Shown here: positions 9,125 through 19,448 of the stretch, piece after piece
Layout: the number at the start of each line of letters is the position of its first letter
Numbering within the stretch: the stretch's first letter is position 1
Assembly: GCA_964612105.1 (NCBI GenBank)
Contig: CAZTEU010000002.1
Span: forward strand, 83,697-147,696
Length of the DNA stretch: 64,000 nucleotides
Direction: 5' to 3'
From: an uncultured Gammaproteobacteria bacterium
GTDB taxonomy: Bacteria; Patescibacteriota; Patescibacteriia; Magasanikbacterales; UBA922
Position numbers and translations under genes: made by a program
The notes under the pieces: model-generated
Databases searched by the model: none
The model's input: the letters and a program-made list of their open reading frames with translations, nothing else
What the model was told of the DNA's origin: nothing

Positions 9125-10234
9125 TCACTTCTTGAGACAGGCGCCAGCACCAGTGCAGACCTCATTAGACCCGCAGTCTTTGTTGGTCTGACATTCATAG
9201 CACCAGTACACGGCACGAGGCTTCGTGGCCAGGAGCTTTCCATCCTCGGACTCGACGGCGACGCCCGAACCACAGTAGGGCTTCTCCGAGGGACAACCGA
9301 CCTCTATCGACTTGTCCGATGTGACCGCCGTGCATTGCTGACAGAGTCCGTAGCTCCCGTTGTGCATAATGCAATACTCGCCCCATGACGAGCCCTTGCA
9401 GTCCAAATCAGTCTCGCAAAGACCACTGTTGATGCACGACTTGTCCTGCTCGTGCACACACCCCTTCTTGGGGAGACAGTAGTCGAACGTGCAGAACTTG
9501 CCATCGTCACAGTCGTAGTTGGACTTGCAGACTTCGACGTTCTTGCAATTGCCGGACTTCTTGTCGCACGAGTCAATGGTGTTGGGGTTGCTGTCGTCGC
9601 AGTCCTTGGTACCATCCGACTGGCATTTTTGCTTGAAGAAGTTGCAGAACTCCATCGTGCAGACATTGCCGTCGTCACACGGCAACTTGATGCCTTTCTC
9701 CTGCAGTTCACCAATGCACTTTCCACCAAAGCAGAAGGAGACGTTGGTGCAGAGGTTGCCGTCGTCACAGCTGTCTCCGTCAACCATGGACGCGAAGTTT
9801 TGACAGCCACTGGCTTCGTCACAGGAGTCGGCGGTGCACTCGTTGTTGTCGTGACAATCGACCTGCGAGTGAACACACTCATTGTTGTCGCAGGAGTCGA
9901 TGGTGCAGGAGTTGTAATCCTCGCACTCCTCGTTGGTCTTGCACTCGACCGACGGCTCAATCTCCACCTCGCCTTCTTTCGTCGGCGTGGCGGAAACCGG
10001 AGTCTCCACCGGAACCTCGACCATCTCTTTCTCGATGATGACCGTCTCGACCTCCACCTCCACGGTCTCCGTGTTGGTGATGGTTTTGGTCTCGCCCTCG
10101 ACGATCACGACCTGCGCCGAACTGTCATCGCCAACGCCAGTGTAGTCACTGGTGCAGGCAACGGAATTCAGGATGCCGAGGATGAACGCCAGCGCGAACA
10201 GTTTGCCCAAGTGGGCCTTGATCAGATTCAACAT
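9125..10234 (-). CDS. secreted lipoprotein with Cys-rich repeats (C-T-x-D-x-C / CDDGN motifs, Myxococcus-type cysteine-rich repeat-like)
   Basis: Signal peptide + lipobox (ILNSVAC); repeated ...NxCTxDSCD... and CDDGNxCT units, many Cys. Start at second Met (AAGGAG RBS 6 nt upstream). GC-rich. Confidence 0.6.
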   Translation of the reverse strand: MLNLIKAHLGKLFALAFILGILNSVACTSDYTGVGDDSSAQVVIVEGETKTITNTETVEVEVETVIIEKEMVEVPVETPVSATPTKEGEVEIEPSVECKTNEECEDYNSCTIDSCDNNECVHSQVDCHDNNECTADSCDEASGCQNFASMVDGDSCDDGNLCTNVSFCFGGKCIGELQEKGIKLPCDDGNVCTMEFCNFFKQKCQSDGTKDCDDSNPNTIDSCDKKSGNCKNVEVCKSNYDCDDGKFCTFDYCLPKKGCVHEQDKSCINSGLCETDLDCKGSSWGEYCIMHNGSYGLCQQCTAVTSDKSIEVGCPSEKPYCGSGVAVESEDGKLLATKPRAVYWCYECQTNKDCGSNEVCTGAGACLKK

Positions 10235-10332
10235 GACTAACTCCTTCACCCGACTTGCGGGTGTTCGGTTTGTGGCGCAACTGCCATTCGGAATCCGTTT
10301 GGACGCCTAGGGTTGTCAGTCGCACCACGCGC

Positions 10333-10380
10333 TTCCTTCCCATTGCATATCCAGATTGTGGACATACAGTGGGAAGGAAG
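10333..10380. repeat. 11-bp perfect inverted repeat CTTCCTTCCCA-N26-TGGGAAGGAAG at the GC/AT transition on the right edge of island I
   Basis: Seen directly; lies 100-150 bp upstream of the island gene 9125..10234 on its coding strand. Confidence 0.4.
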
Positions 10381-10493
10381 AAGTAGATTGTAAAGATTGT
10401 TATCTATTGAGTTAGACTCAACAGGCAAGAGCGTAGGAGTGTTGGGCAGGTAATATATTTTCTCCCTCAGCCTATCGCTCTTTTCTGTTGGGT

Positions 10494-10522
10494 CAAACAA
10501 AAACCCTCTCGGGCGAGAGGGG
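10494..10522 (-). terminator. Rho-independent terminator (minus strand)
   Basis: Minus strand CCCTCTCGCCCGAGAGGG followed by TTTTTGTTTG. Confidence 0.55.
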
Positions 10523-10633
10523 TTGCGGGTTTTGGGCAGATAAAATCTACCTATATAACTCGACATTCCTCTCTCCAGAAATGTTTGGTCAATTGTAATG
10601 GGCCTATTACCAAGGCATTCTCTTTATTTTTAA
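10494..10633 (-). ncRNA. candidate ~140-nt small RNA from promoter to terminator (unclassified); alternatively a leader of island I transcripts
   Basis: Bounded by the promoter at 10640-10669 and the terminator at 10494-10522. The ORF 10246..10566 crossing the terminator is not credible. Confidence 0.25.
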
Positions 10634-10639
10634 CAACAA

Positions 10640-10742
10640 AGTATATCATAAAAAGAGGGTTTTGTCAAGACCCTAGCTCAATTAAAGTAATAAAAAATGG
10701 CTCAACTAAGCCAAATTATGTAATGTGATGGCTAATATTAGC
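10640..10742 (-). promoter_or_regulatory. promoter module (minus strand): palindromes GGCTAATATTAGCC and GGCTCAACTAAGCC upstream of TTGACA-N17-TATACT
   Basis: Minus strand TTGACAaaaccctctttttatgaTATACT; palindromic sites at 10699-10712 and 10729-10742. Confidence 0.5.
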
Positions 10743-10748
10743 CAAAAA

Positions 10749-11852
10749 TCACCTCTTCCCATGTAATACAACACTCTGCACCAGACCAACAAGTATAAAA
10801 TTAATGAGGAGAGAGGAGCCTCCATAACTAACAAACGGTAAAGTAAGTCCTGTAACAGGTAAAATACCTATGGTTGCCCCTATATTAACCAACATTTGTA
10901 TAAAAAAGAGTAACATCACCCCTAAAACCGTGTATGCACTAAAATCATCTCTTGTTTGACGTGCAATCCACATTAATCTCCATAATATTAGGAAGTATAA
11001 TCCTAATACTAATGTAATCCCAATAAAACCAAGCTCCTCCCCTATTACAGCAAAAACAAAGTCTGTATGTGCCTCAGGTAAGAAATGTAACTGACTCTGA
11101 GAACCAAAACCAAGCCCCCGACCAAAGAATTGCCCAGAACCTATTGCTATCATTGACTGTTGCACATTGTATCCAGAACCAAGAGGATCTCTCTCTGGTT
11201 GCATAAACGTGATTAAACGATCTTTCTGGTAATCCTGGAAGACAAATAACCACCCTACAGCAAGCAGTAGAATGCCTGTACCAACAATGGCTCCAATGTA
11301 ATGTTTTTTTGTTCCTGTTAACACCAACGCACCAAACCAAATACCAGCAATAATACTTGCAGACCCCAGGTCTGGCTGTAATAAAATTAGTATCACTAAT
11401 ACAGACATAATTAATCCAGAACTCACAACAAACTGCCATGTCTGGAATCTCCTATCATAACGATATATCCAATCTGCAAGAAAAAGTATAAAACCAATCT
11501 TTGCAAACTCAGCCGGTTGGAAAGAGAAGGTTCCAATACGAAACCAACCTGTTGTACCACGGATTGTAACTCCAAGAAACAGAACAGCAATTAATGCAAT
11601 TACAGATAGTCCATAAGCCCACCTTGCTCCTGTCTGATACACCCTAATATGAATAAAAGCAACAACAAAGAGAGCTATTGTTCCAAGGACAAGTGCTGTA
11701 ATTTGCGTTGGAAAATAACTGAGCACATCTCCTTGAGAAAGATCTACACTATATATTGCAGCTATACCGATTGACGTCAAAACAAAAACAAGGATGGCAA
11801 GCATCCAGTCAAACTTATATAAGATTATAAATCTTTTTCTTTTTAGAGGCAT
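10749..11852 (-). CDS. SEDS-family peptidoglycan glycosyltransferase (FtsW/RodA/SpoVE)
   Basis: 10 TM helices, C-terminal ...SYGGSSLLINFILVGLVQSV typical of FtsW/RodA. Confidence 0.85.
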   Translation of the reverse strand: MPLKRKRFIILYKFDWMLAILVFVLTSIGIAAIYSVDLSQGDVLSYFPTQITALVLGTIALFVVAFIHIRVYQTGARWAYGLSVIALIAVLFLGVTIRGTTGWFRIGTFSFQPAEFAKIGFILFLADWIYRYDRRFQTWQFVVSSGLIMSVLVILILLQPDLGSASIIAGIWFGALVLTGTKKHYIGAIVGTGILLLAVGWLFVFQDYQKDRLITFMQPERDPLGSGYNVQQSMIAIGSGQFFGRGLGFGSQSQLHFLPEAHTDFVFAVIGEELGFIGITLVLGLYFLILWRLMWIARQTRDDFSAYTVLGVMLLFFIQMLVNIGATIGILPVTGLTLPFVSYGGSSLLINFILVGLVQSVVLHGKR

Positions 11853-11871
11853 AAGTATCCTGGTGAGGACA

Positions 11872-12873
11872 CTATAAGTCAGTAATAGGCGTAACTTCTA
11901 TACTGTCTGAAGAAGGAGTTTCTATAATACTTTCTGGCTTCTTGAAACCAGGAACAACCTCTAGTGCACGTGCTGGTAGGAATTGTGTCTTGTCAAAAAC
12001 ATCAACGACCGGGTATATATTTATACTTCCTACGCTCAAGCCTTGTGTTGTGTTGCGTATATCTACACTATGGGTTTCTCCTGGACCAAATTCTTCAAGT
12101 ACAGTTTTCATTATTCCAACTGTTTGTGTCCCATTTTTTAGTTCTATATAAAGATCAATGTATTTGTATCCGTATACTGAGTTATTACTTACATCAAAAG
12201 TAATCTTATTTGATGGGATATTATCAGCTACACTGGAAGCTGTAAAGGAAACCTTTTCAAGAGAAAAATTTAACCTCTCTGCGACATAAGAGACAGGATT
12301 AAATACATAGTGAGGACTTATTCGGTTCCATCTAATATATACAAGTTCAAATCGCACATTTGTTGGAAAACCTTCCTCTCTATCAAATCCAATTATAGAA
12401 AGAGGTCTATTCTCCCCGGGAAGCAACTTAACTAAAGCCTCATCTGTTTCTCCCCCATCAAAAGTATACTTATACGTTACCTCAGCTGTATACCTCTGGT
12501 TAGGGTTTGTAACATTAGCAACAAAATCAAAACGATTATTTGCTGGAACAAAAACATCAATTTCCTGTATTTCCAGAGCCTGTGCTTGGTAGAGTGGTTT
12601 TGTCCTATTATAGTTCTGGAATGTTCCGACAACCTGCTGTTCCATGGCCAGATCTTCTGTAATACCAAATACCAAATAATTACCCCAAGCAAAGAGTCCA
12701 TATAGATTGAACCCTACTGCAAATAAAATCAAAGCACCGGTTCCTATTTGTCCCAGAAGTTGACGATTACGCACATACCATTCGCTCAGACGGAGCTGTT
12801 TAGTGGTGTATTCGCCAGTTGGATCAACATACCGGTCCACATTAATTGTTGGTTTCTTTTGTGCTTCTTCCAT
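11872..12873 (-). CDS. hypothetical membrane-anchored protein
   Basis: Single N-terminal TM then a large soluble domain; no family recognised. Confidence 0.4.
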   Translation of the reverse strand: MEEAQKKPTINVDRYVDPTGEYTTKQLRLSEWYVRNRQLLGQIGTGALILFAVGFNLYGLFAWGNYLVFGITEDLAMEQQVVGTFQNYNRTKPLYQAQALEIQEIDVFVPANNRFDFVANVTNPNQRYTAEVTYKYTFDGGETDEALVKLLPGENRPLSIIGFDREEGFPTNVRFELVYIRWNRISPHYVFNPVSYVAERLNFSLEKVSFTASSVADNIPSNKITFDVSNNSVYGYKYIDLYIELKNGTQTVGIMKTVLEEFGPGETHSVDIRNTTQGLSVGSINIYPVVDVFDKTQFLPARALEVVPGFKKPESIIETPSSDSIEVTPITDL

Positions 12874-12954
12874 ATAACAGGCAATTGTGTACTAATATTA
12901 TACACTATAATGGCGAGGTTTTCTATGCTTGTAATCTGTACGCAATTATGATAG

Positions 12955-15057
<2,103 letters not shown>

Positions 15058-15081
15058 AACTTAATTTTAAAAAGGAGGGGT

Positions 15082-15492
15082 ATGGGGGGATTTTTTTATA
15101 GAACTAAAGCGAATAGGTGCTGTAAAACCTCATTTACAGAAGCTATGGATTTTGGTTTAGCTAAATTACCAAAAAGCGCAAAGAAAACTCGGAGGCGTGC
15201 TTTTGTGCGTTCGATGTATTTTTCAAAGCAGAAAATATTTTTAGATCTTTTTTGGAGGCATTTATATCAGAAAAATATCAGTAATAGGAGGAGGAGAATT
15301 CGTCTGTTGGAAGCTGGTTTGGAATTGATTAGAAAATCAAAATTAGAACCTTCAAAAATACAAAATCCAAATAATTCTAAAGAATATTTTTATAAGTTTT
15401 TAGGAAAAACAAAGGACGGATATCCATTCTGTGTGCAAATTAAAGAAGATAAAAATAAACAAAAATGGCTTATGTCAATATTTCCAAAATAA
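15082..15492 (+). CDS. small basic hypothetical protein, paralog of 45407..45823 (shared KIFLD(L/I)FWRHLxQKN ... FP core)
   Basis: ~40% identity to the 138-aa protein at 45.4 kb; strong SD (AAAGGAGGGGtATG) unlike host genes; starts 22 nt after the gyrB stop. Confidence 0.5.
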   Translation: MGGFFYRTKANRCCKTSFTEAMDFGLAKLPKSAKKTRRRAFVRSMYFSKQKIFLDLFWRHLYQKNISNRRRRIRLLEAGLELIRKSKLEPSKIQNPNNSKEYFYKFLGKTKDGYPFCVQIKEDKNKQKWLMSIFPK

Positions 15493-15550
15493 AAAAGACC
15501 AGGGCCACTGATGTGTGGTTTATAAACCACCGCCTCAGGTCTTTTCATAT
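15493..15550 (+). repeat. 3' structured element of the paralog mini-cassette: AAAAAGACC ... nested hairpin ... AGGTCTT
   Basis: Same architecture as 45325..45406 on the minus strand (outer AAGACC/GGTCTT pairing, inner stem-loop with different sequence). Confidence 0.35.
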
Positions 15551-15589
15551 CCTCATTGTAGCACAATGAAAAACTCTGTCAATACAAAC

Positions 15590-15617
15590 AAAAAACCCCG
15601 TTTGGGGATTTTTTATT
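15590..15617. terminator. bidirectional Rho-independent terminator
   Basis: aaaaaaCCCCGtttGGGGattttttatt. Confidence 0.6.
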
Positions 15618-15762
15618 CTCTCAAGACTCCTAGTGTTAAGAAACTTGAGGGATTGGACTTTTGATGAGAGTCCAAACTCCGAGCGAGGCGTAGTGTGGTT
15701 TGTCGTCTAGCAACATCACCACAAACTTCGTCTGTTCGGCCTCGCTTGGTTGGAGCGAGGTC

Positions 15763-16710
15763 TTAGAGCATTGGATCAGTCGCCTTCTTGGGACGATCGA
15801 TCCAGTCACTCATGCTGATCACACGACCAGCCTGAGCGGACTTGACACCCTTGGTCTTCGTCAGGTGCTTGGCGATGAATTTCAGAATCTCATCCTTGGT
15901 GAAGGTGCTGTCACCGAACGGGGCAAAGACCGAGGTCTTCTTCCCGATGGTGAACTTGGCGTCCTTCTCGTACTCGAGGTACAGGGCAAAGATGGGATCC
16001 TTTTTGGTCTCGTAGGTGTTGAAGACCCCGGGCGTGTTCTCCATGAAGCGGTCCGTCCAACCACCGTCATCCGACGGGATTGGTGGTCTGAAATGGACAA
16101 CGAGCCTATGATCACGGACGACAGCCAGCCAGTGGTGCGTGCCGGTCTTCTTGGAGACCATCTTGCCGACACCAGCCGGTCGGATGTAGTTGGACCAATA
16201 AGGGAAGTCCCGCACGAAACGCTCTTCCAGACTCGGCATGACCTCACAGAGGATTCTCTCCTCCTGCTCGCACCAGAACTGGGTCGCCCACAGCAGGTTC
16301 TTGTAGGTTCCCAACTCGCGCTTGCAGACGCCGAGCTTGTGATCAGCATCGCGGAGATCCTTCAGGTCTCTCTGCTGAGCCTCTTTGTCCTTCTTCTGTT
16401 TCTCTTCCGCCTGAGCAACAGGCCAACAGCTTGCCAGGAAGATACCAACTTCCCGCTTGAGCTCGGTGGCGTCCTTCTTGACCACCTTGTCACGGCGGAA
16501 GCTCGCGTACGAACCACGGTACTCGCTGATCAGCGAATACGCCCTGTTCTTCCGCTGAGTATCACCAGACTTGTCCGCACACTCGACCGCCTCTTTGAGG
16601 AGGTTGTCGACCACGCTGTACGTGACCTCTTCCTCTTCCCTCTCAGTCTGGCAACCCAGGACGGACATGCTGGTCGCAACGAGCACGAGACACACAAACA
16701 AATTCTTCAT
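15763..16710 (-). CDS. lipoprotein of unknown function (GC-rich island II)
   Basis: Start at MKNLFVCLVLVATSMSVLGCQ (signal peptide + lipobox) with GGGAG RBS; ~58% GC. The antisense ORF 15700..16737 is judged spurious. Confidence 0.55.
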   Translation of the reverse strand: MKNLFVCLVLVATSMSVLGCQTEREEEEVTYSVVDNLLKEAVECADKSGDTQRKNRAYSLISEYRGSYASFRRDKVVKKDATELKREVGIFLASCWPVAQAEEKQKKDKEAQQRDLKDLRDADHKLGVCKRELGTYKNLLWATQFWCEQEERILCEVMPSLEERFVRDFPYWSNYIRPAGVGKMVSKKTGTHHWLAVVRDHRLVVHFRPPIPSDDGGWTDRFMENTPGVFNTYETKKDPIFALYLEYEKDAKFTIGKKTSVFAPFGDSTFTKDEILKFIAKHLTKTKGVKSAQAGRVISMSDWIDRPKKATDPML

Positions 16711-16816
16711 CTCAATCTCCCGCTCCCGTTGCATTAGGGAGCTCAGTTTCGATACGCGTAGGACCTCCCCACGCACACCAGATAAAGCTCCATAAATACA
16801 CTATTATGGACGTACA

Positions 16817-16845
16817 ACTATAGCATATTTATAGTGTTTTGTCAA
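16817..16845 (-). promoter_or_regulatory. promoter (minus strand) TTGACA-N17-TATAGT driving the island II lipoprotein gene
   Basis: RC of 16817-16845 reads TTGACAaaacactataaatatgcTATAGT; ~100-nt leader. Confidence 0.45.
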
Positions 16846-16852
16846 GACCTTA

Positions 16853-16877
16853 TGGCTAATTTTTGGCTAAAATAAGC
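16853..16877. promoter_or_regulatory. two adjacent GGCTAA-type palindromic elements (GGCTAATTTTTGGCTAAAATAAGCT) between divergent promoters
   Basis: Seen directly; matches elements at 3965, 10699/10729, 39062 and 44305. Confidence 0.4.
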
Positions 16878-16906
16878 TTTTTTTATTACTTTTTCCATGC
16901 CCAAAC

Positions 16907-16935
16907 TTGACAAATGACACAAAAAATGATAAATT
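16907..16935 (+). promoter_or_regulatory. promoter TTGACA-N17-TAAATT
   Basis: TTGACA 16907-16912; TAAATT 16930-16935. Confidence 0.5.
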
Positions 16936-16941
16936 ATGCCC

Positions 16942-17152
16942 GCTGGTTGGCACGGACACACCGGCGTGCGTTTTTCGTACGTGTCCCACAGCAGGAAGTT
17001 GCCGAACCAAATTGTGACGACCAGAGCCTGAAAGGTGAGCCTGAACACCACATGCGGATTATCCTTCGGGAGAAGCCGCGTGAAGGACATGCCCAGTCCG
17101 TATGATCTTGACTTCTTGTCAATTTTGTACGGGCTGGGCTATTGATTTTTTA
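16942..17152 (+). ncRNA. candidate ~210-nt GC-rich structured RNA (unclassified) with own promoter and terminator-like hairpin
   Basis: GC-rich non-coding segment between the promoter at 16907 and the hairpin CCCAGTCCGTA...TACGGGCTGGG + T-run (17092-17152). Only overlapping 62-63-aa ORFs on both strands. No tRNA T-loop, RNase P or SRP consensus recognised. Confidence 0.3.
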
Positions 17153-17179
17153 GTGAAAATTACAAAATCTTATGCACAC

Positions 17180-17208
17180 TTGACAAAATATATATATTGA
17201 TATATAAT
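17180..17208 (+). promoter_or_regulatory. consensus promoter TTGACA-N17-TATAAT for the secE-nusG-rplK operon
   Basis: TTGACA 17180-17185; TATAAT 17203-17208. Confidence 0.55.
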
Positions 17209-17252
17209 ACTCCCAGAAATTCCGGCCACAGGCCGTTTTTAAATACTTATAT

Positions 17253-17444
17253 ATGACTGTGATTAAAAAGCTAAGAGATTACCTACGAGGAGCTGTATCT
17301 GAGCTCAGAAAGGTTACTTGGCCTACACAAAAGCAGACCACAAGTTACTCAATCGTGGTTATAGCACTAACACTAGGAGTTGCTGCTTACTTTGGAATCT
17401 TGGACTTTGTTTTTAGTAAAGCCCTAAACCTTCTTATTTCATAA
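17253..17444 (+). CDS. secE: preprotein translocase subunit SecE
   Basis: 63 aa, single C-terminal TM, precedes nusG. Confidence 0.8.
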   Translation: MTVIKKLRDYLRGAVSELRKVTWPTQKQTTSYSIVVIALTLGVAAYFGILDFVFSKALNLLIS

Positions 17445-17447
17445 AAT

Positions 17448-17993
17448 ATGGCAAAACAAACATTAGACCTCGGACGCAGATGGTATGTATTACATACATA
17501 CAGTGGTTACGAGGAAAACGTAAAAAGAAATTTGGAACAGCGTATAGATACTTTTGATATGACAGATAAGATATATTCTGTAATGGTTCCAAAAGAAAAA
17601 AAGATTAAAATTAAGAATGGAAAACGCCAGGTTGTAGAAGAGAAAATCTTCCCTGGATATGTTTTGGTAGAAATGATTGTTACAGATGACTCTTGGTATG
17701 TTGTACGTAACACACCAAACGTTACTGGTTTTGTTGGTTCTGGAACAACTCCTGTGCCTGTAGATGCAAAAGAAGTAGAATCATTAATGGGAAGAATGAA
17801 TGTAGAAGAACCAACACACAAAATCGATGTTAATGTTGATGATCCTGTGCGTATTAGTGATGGACCATTCAAGAACTTCGAAGGAAAAGTGTCAGATGTA
17901 GATGAATCACGTGGAAAGATCAAAGTATTGGTCAGCATGTTCGGACGTGAAACTCCTGTTGAGTTGGACGCATTGCAAGTTAAGAAATTATAA
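17448..17993 (+). CDS. nusG: transcription termination/antitermination factor NusG
   Basis: NGN domain (WYVLHTYSGYEENVKRNLE) + KOW motif (FEGKVSDVDESRGKIKVLV). Confidence 0.9.
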   Translation: MAKQTLDLGRRWYVLHTYSGYEENVKRNLEQRIDTFDMTDKIYSVMVPKEKKIKIKNGKRQVVEEKIFPGYVLVEMIVTDDSWYVVRNTPNVTGFVGSGTTPVPVDAKEVESLMGRMNVEEPTHKIDVNVDDPVRISDGPFKNFEGKVSDVDESRGKIKVLVSMFGRETPVELDALQVKKL

Positions 17994-18054
17994 AAGAAAC
18001 AATGCAGACTGCCTACTTGTAGGGCTTCTCTTTCTGCGAATTAAGAATTAAAAT

Positions 18055-18480
18055 ATGGCTAAAAAATTATTGACACAGATTAAATTACAGATTCCTGGAG
18101 GAGCAGCTAATCCAGCTCCACCAGTAGGACCTGCGCTTGGACAGCACGGATTAAACATACAAGATTTTTGTACTCAGTTTAATAATGCCACAGCAGATAA
18201 AAAGGGAGAAATTGTACCTGTAATTATTAACGTATACGAAGACCGTAGTTTTGACTTTATTACTAAGGTTGCTCCAGCAAGTGCTTTAATTAAGAAGGCT
18301 GCTGGACTAAAAAGTGGTTCCGGAAGTCCACTAAAAGAAAAGGTTGGAAAGATTACAAAGGCTCAACTAAAAGAAATTGCAGAAAAGAAAATGCCAGACC
18401 TAAATGCAAACGATATAGAAGCAGCAATGAAAATTATTGCTGGTACGGCTCAACAGATGGGTGTGCAGGTGGAAGGATAA
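18055..18480 (+). CDS. rplK: 50S ribosomal protein L11
   Basis: [31 protein letters not shown]... canonical L11. Confidence 0.9.
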   Translation: MAKKLLTQIKLQIPGGAANPAPPVGPALGQHGLNIQDFCTQFNNATADKKGEIVPVIINVYEDRSFDFITKVAPASALIKKAAGLKSGSGSPLKEKVGKITKAQLKEIAEKKMPDLNANDIEAAMKIIAGTAQQMGVQVEG

Positions 18481-18535
18481 TATAAAAGATATAAAACTCG
18501 CCAAACAAGGCGAGTTTTTGGTATACTGTCTGCAT

Positions 18536-19447
18536 ATGATTACACCAAAAATAGCTATTATAGGAGCAGGTGCTGTTGGTTCTACTGCAGCGTATGCTTC
18601 AGCAATAAAAAATATTTCTTCAGAAATTCTTTTAATAGATATTAATGAAAGGAAAGAGCAGGGAGAGGTAATGGATATTGGAGATGGACTTTGTTTTGTG
18701 CAGACAGGCTGTGTTAAAGGTGCAGATTTCAAGGATGCACGCAGTGCAGATATTATTGTTATTACTGCTGGCGCTCCACAGAAACCTGGAGAAACTCGTT
18801 TAGACTTAGTAGAGAAGAATAAAAAGATATTGAGATCTATTTTTAAGAGCATAGGTAAATTAAAAAAGAGTGCGGTAGTACTTATCGTAGCAAACCCTGT
18901 AGATGTTCTTACTTACGAAGCTCAGAAAATAACAAAATTACCAAAGTCACAAGTGTTTGGTTCTGGTACAGGACTAGATACTGCAAGGTTAACCTTCCAT
19001 GTTGCTAAACATTTTAAGGTCAGTCCACAAGATGTAGATGGATATGTGCTTGGAGAACATGGAGACAGTGGGTTCATAGCCTGGAGTTCTATAAGCGTTG
19101 GTGGAGTACCCGTATCCCAACTCAAAGGTTTTACAAAAAAAGATGAGAAACGAATAGAAAATAAGGTTCGTAGAGAAGCATATGAAATAATAAACAGAAA
19201 AGGTGCAACATATTATGGTATTGGTTTGGTTATTGCAGATATATTAGAAGCCATAGTGTATGATCAACACAAAGTAATGCCTGTGACATCCAGACTAAAA
19301 AACTGGAACGGTGTGTCTGGTATATGTCTAGGCTCCCCTGCTGTAATTGGAAATTCAGGAATAGAAAAACACTGGCCACTAAAACTTACAGCTCAGGAAA
19401 AGAAGAAGTTACATAAATCTGCGAAGGTAATAAAACAATATATTTAA
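18536..19447 (+). CDS. ldh: L-lactate dehydrogenase
   Basis: Rossmann IAIIGAGAVGS, ITAGAPQKPGETRLDL (Gln at the substrate-specificity position as in LDH), LGEHGDS active-site motif. Start at MITPK. Confidence 0.8.
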   Translation: MITPKIAIIGAGAVGSTAAYASAIKNISSEILLIDINERKEQGEVMDIGDGLCFVQTGCVKGADFKDARSADIIVITAGAPQKPGETRLDLVEKNKKILRSIFKSIGKLKKSAVVLIVANPVDVLTYEAQKITKLPKSQVFGSGTGLDTARLTFHVAKHFKVSPQDVDGYVLGEHGDSGFIAWSSISVGGVPVSQLKGFTKKDEKRIENKVRREAYEIINRKGATYYGIGLVIADILEAIVYDQHKVMPVTSRLKNWNGVSGICLGSPAVIGNSGIEKHWPLKLTAQEKKKLHKSAKVIKQYI

Positions 19448-19448
19448 T

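Noticed and set aside
7806-9960. Long ORFs on the opposite strand or alternative frames inside island I (e.g. 7806..8339-, 7732..8280+, 8459..9388+, 9304..9960-, 9452..10240+)
   Set aside because: High GC removes stop codons in all frames. Products are low-complexity (Arg/Ser/Pro/Thr-rich) and lack RBS. The minus-strand frames chosen have SDs and sensible composition.
10246-10566. 106-aa minus-strand ORF between the SEDS (RodA/FtsW-like) gene at 10749..11852 and island I
   Set aside because: Spans a terminator hairpin and the AT/GC transition; no RBS; implausible composition.
15082-15492. Paralog proteins as IS200/IS605 TnpA (similar size, insertion 3' of a short target, terminal hairpin)
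   Set aside because: No HuH motif or catalytic Tyr pattern; only one terminal hairpin. Retained as an unclassified mini-cassette.
15700-16737. 345-aa plus-strand ORF antisense to the island II lipoprotein gene, and the 155-aa ORF 15882..16349
   Set aside because: Antisense shadow ORFs of a GC-rich gene. No signal peptide or RBS logic. The minus-strand frame has lipobox + SD.
16942-17152. tRNA-Trp (classically upstream of secE) in the GC-rich segment
   Set aside because: No GTTCRANYC T-loop or cloverleaf could be found by eye.
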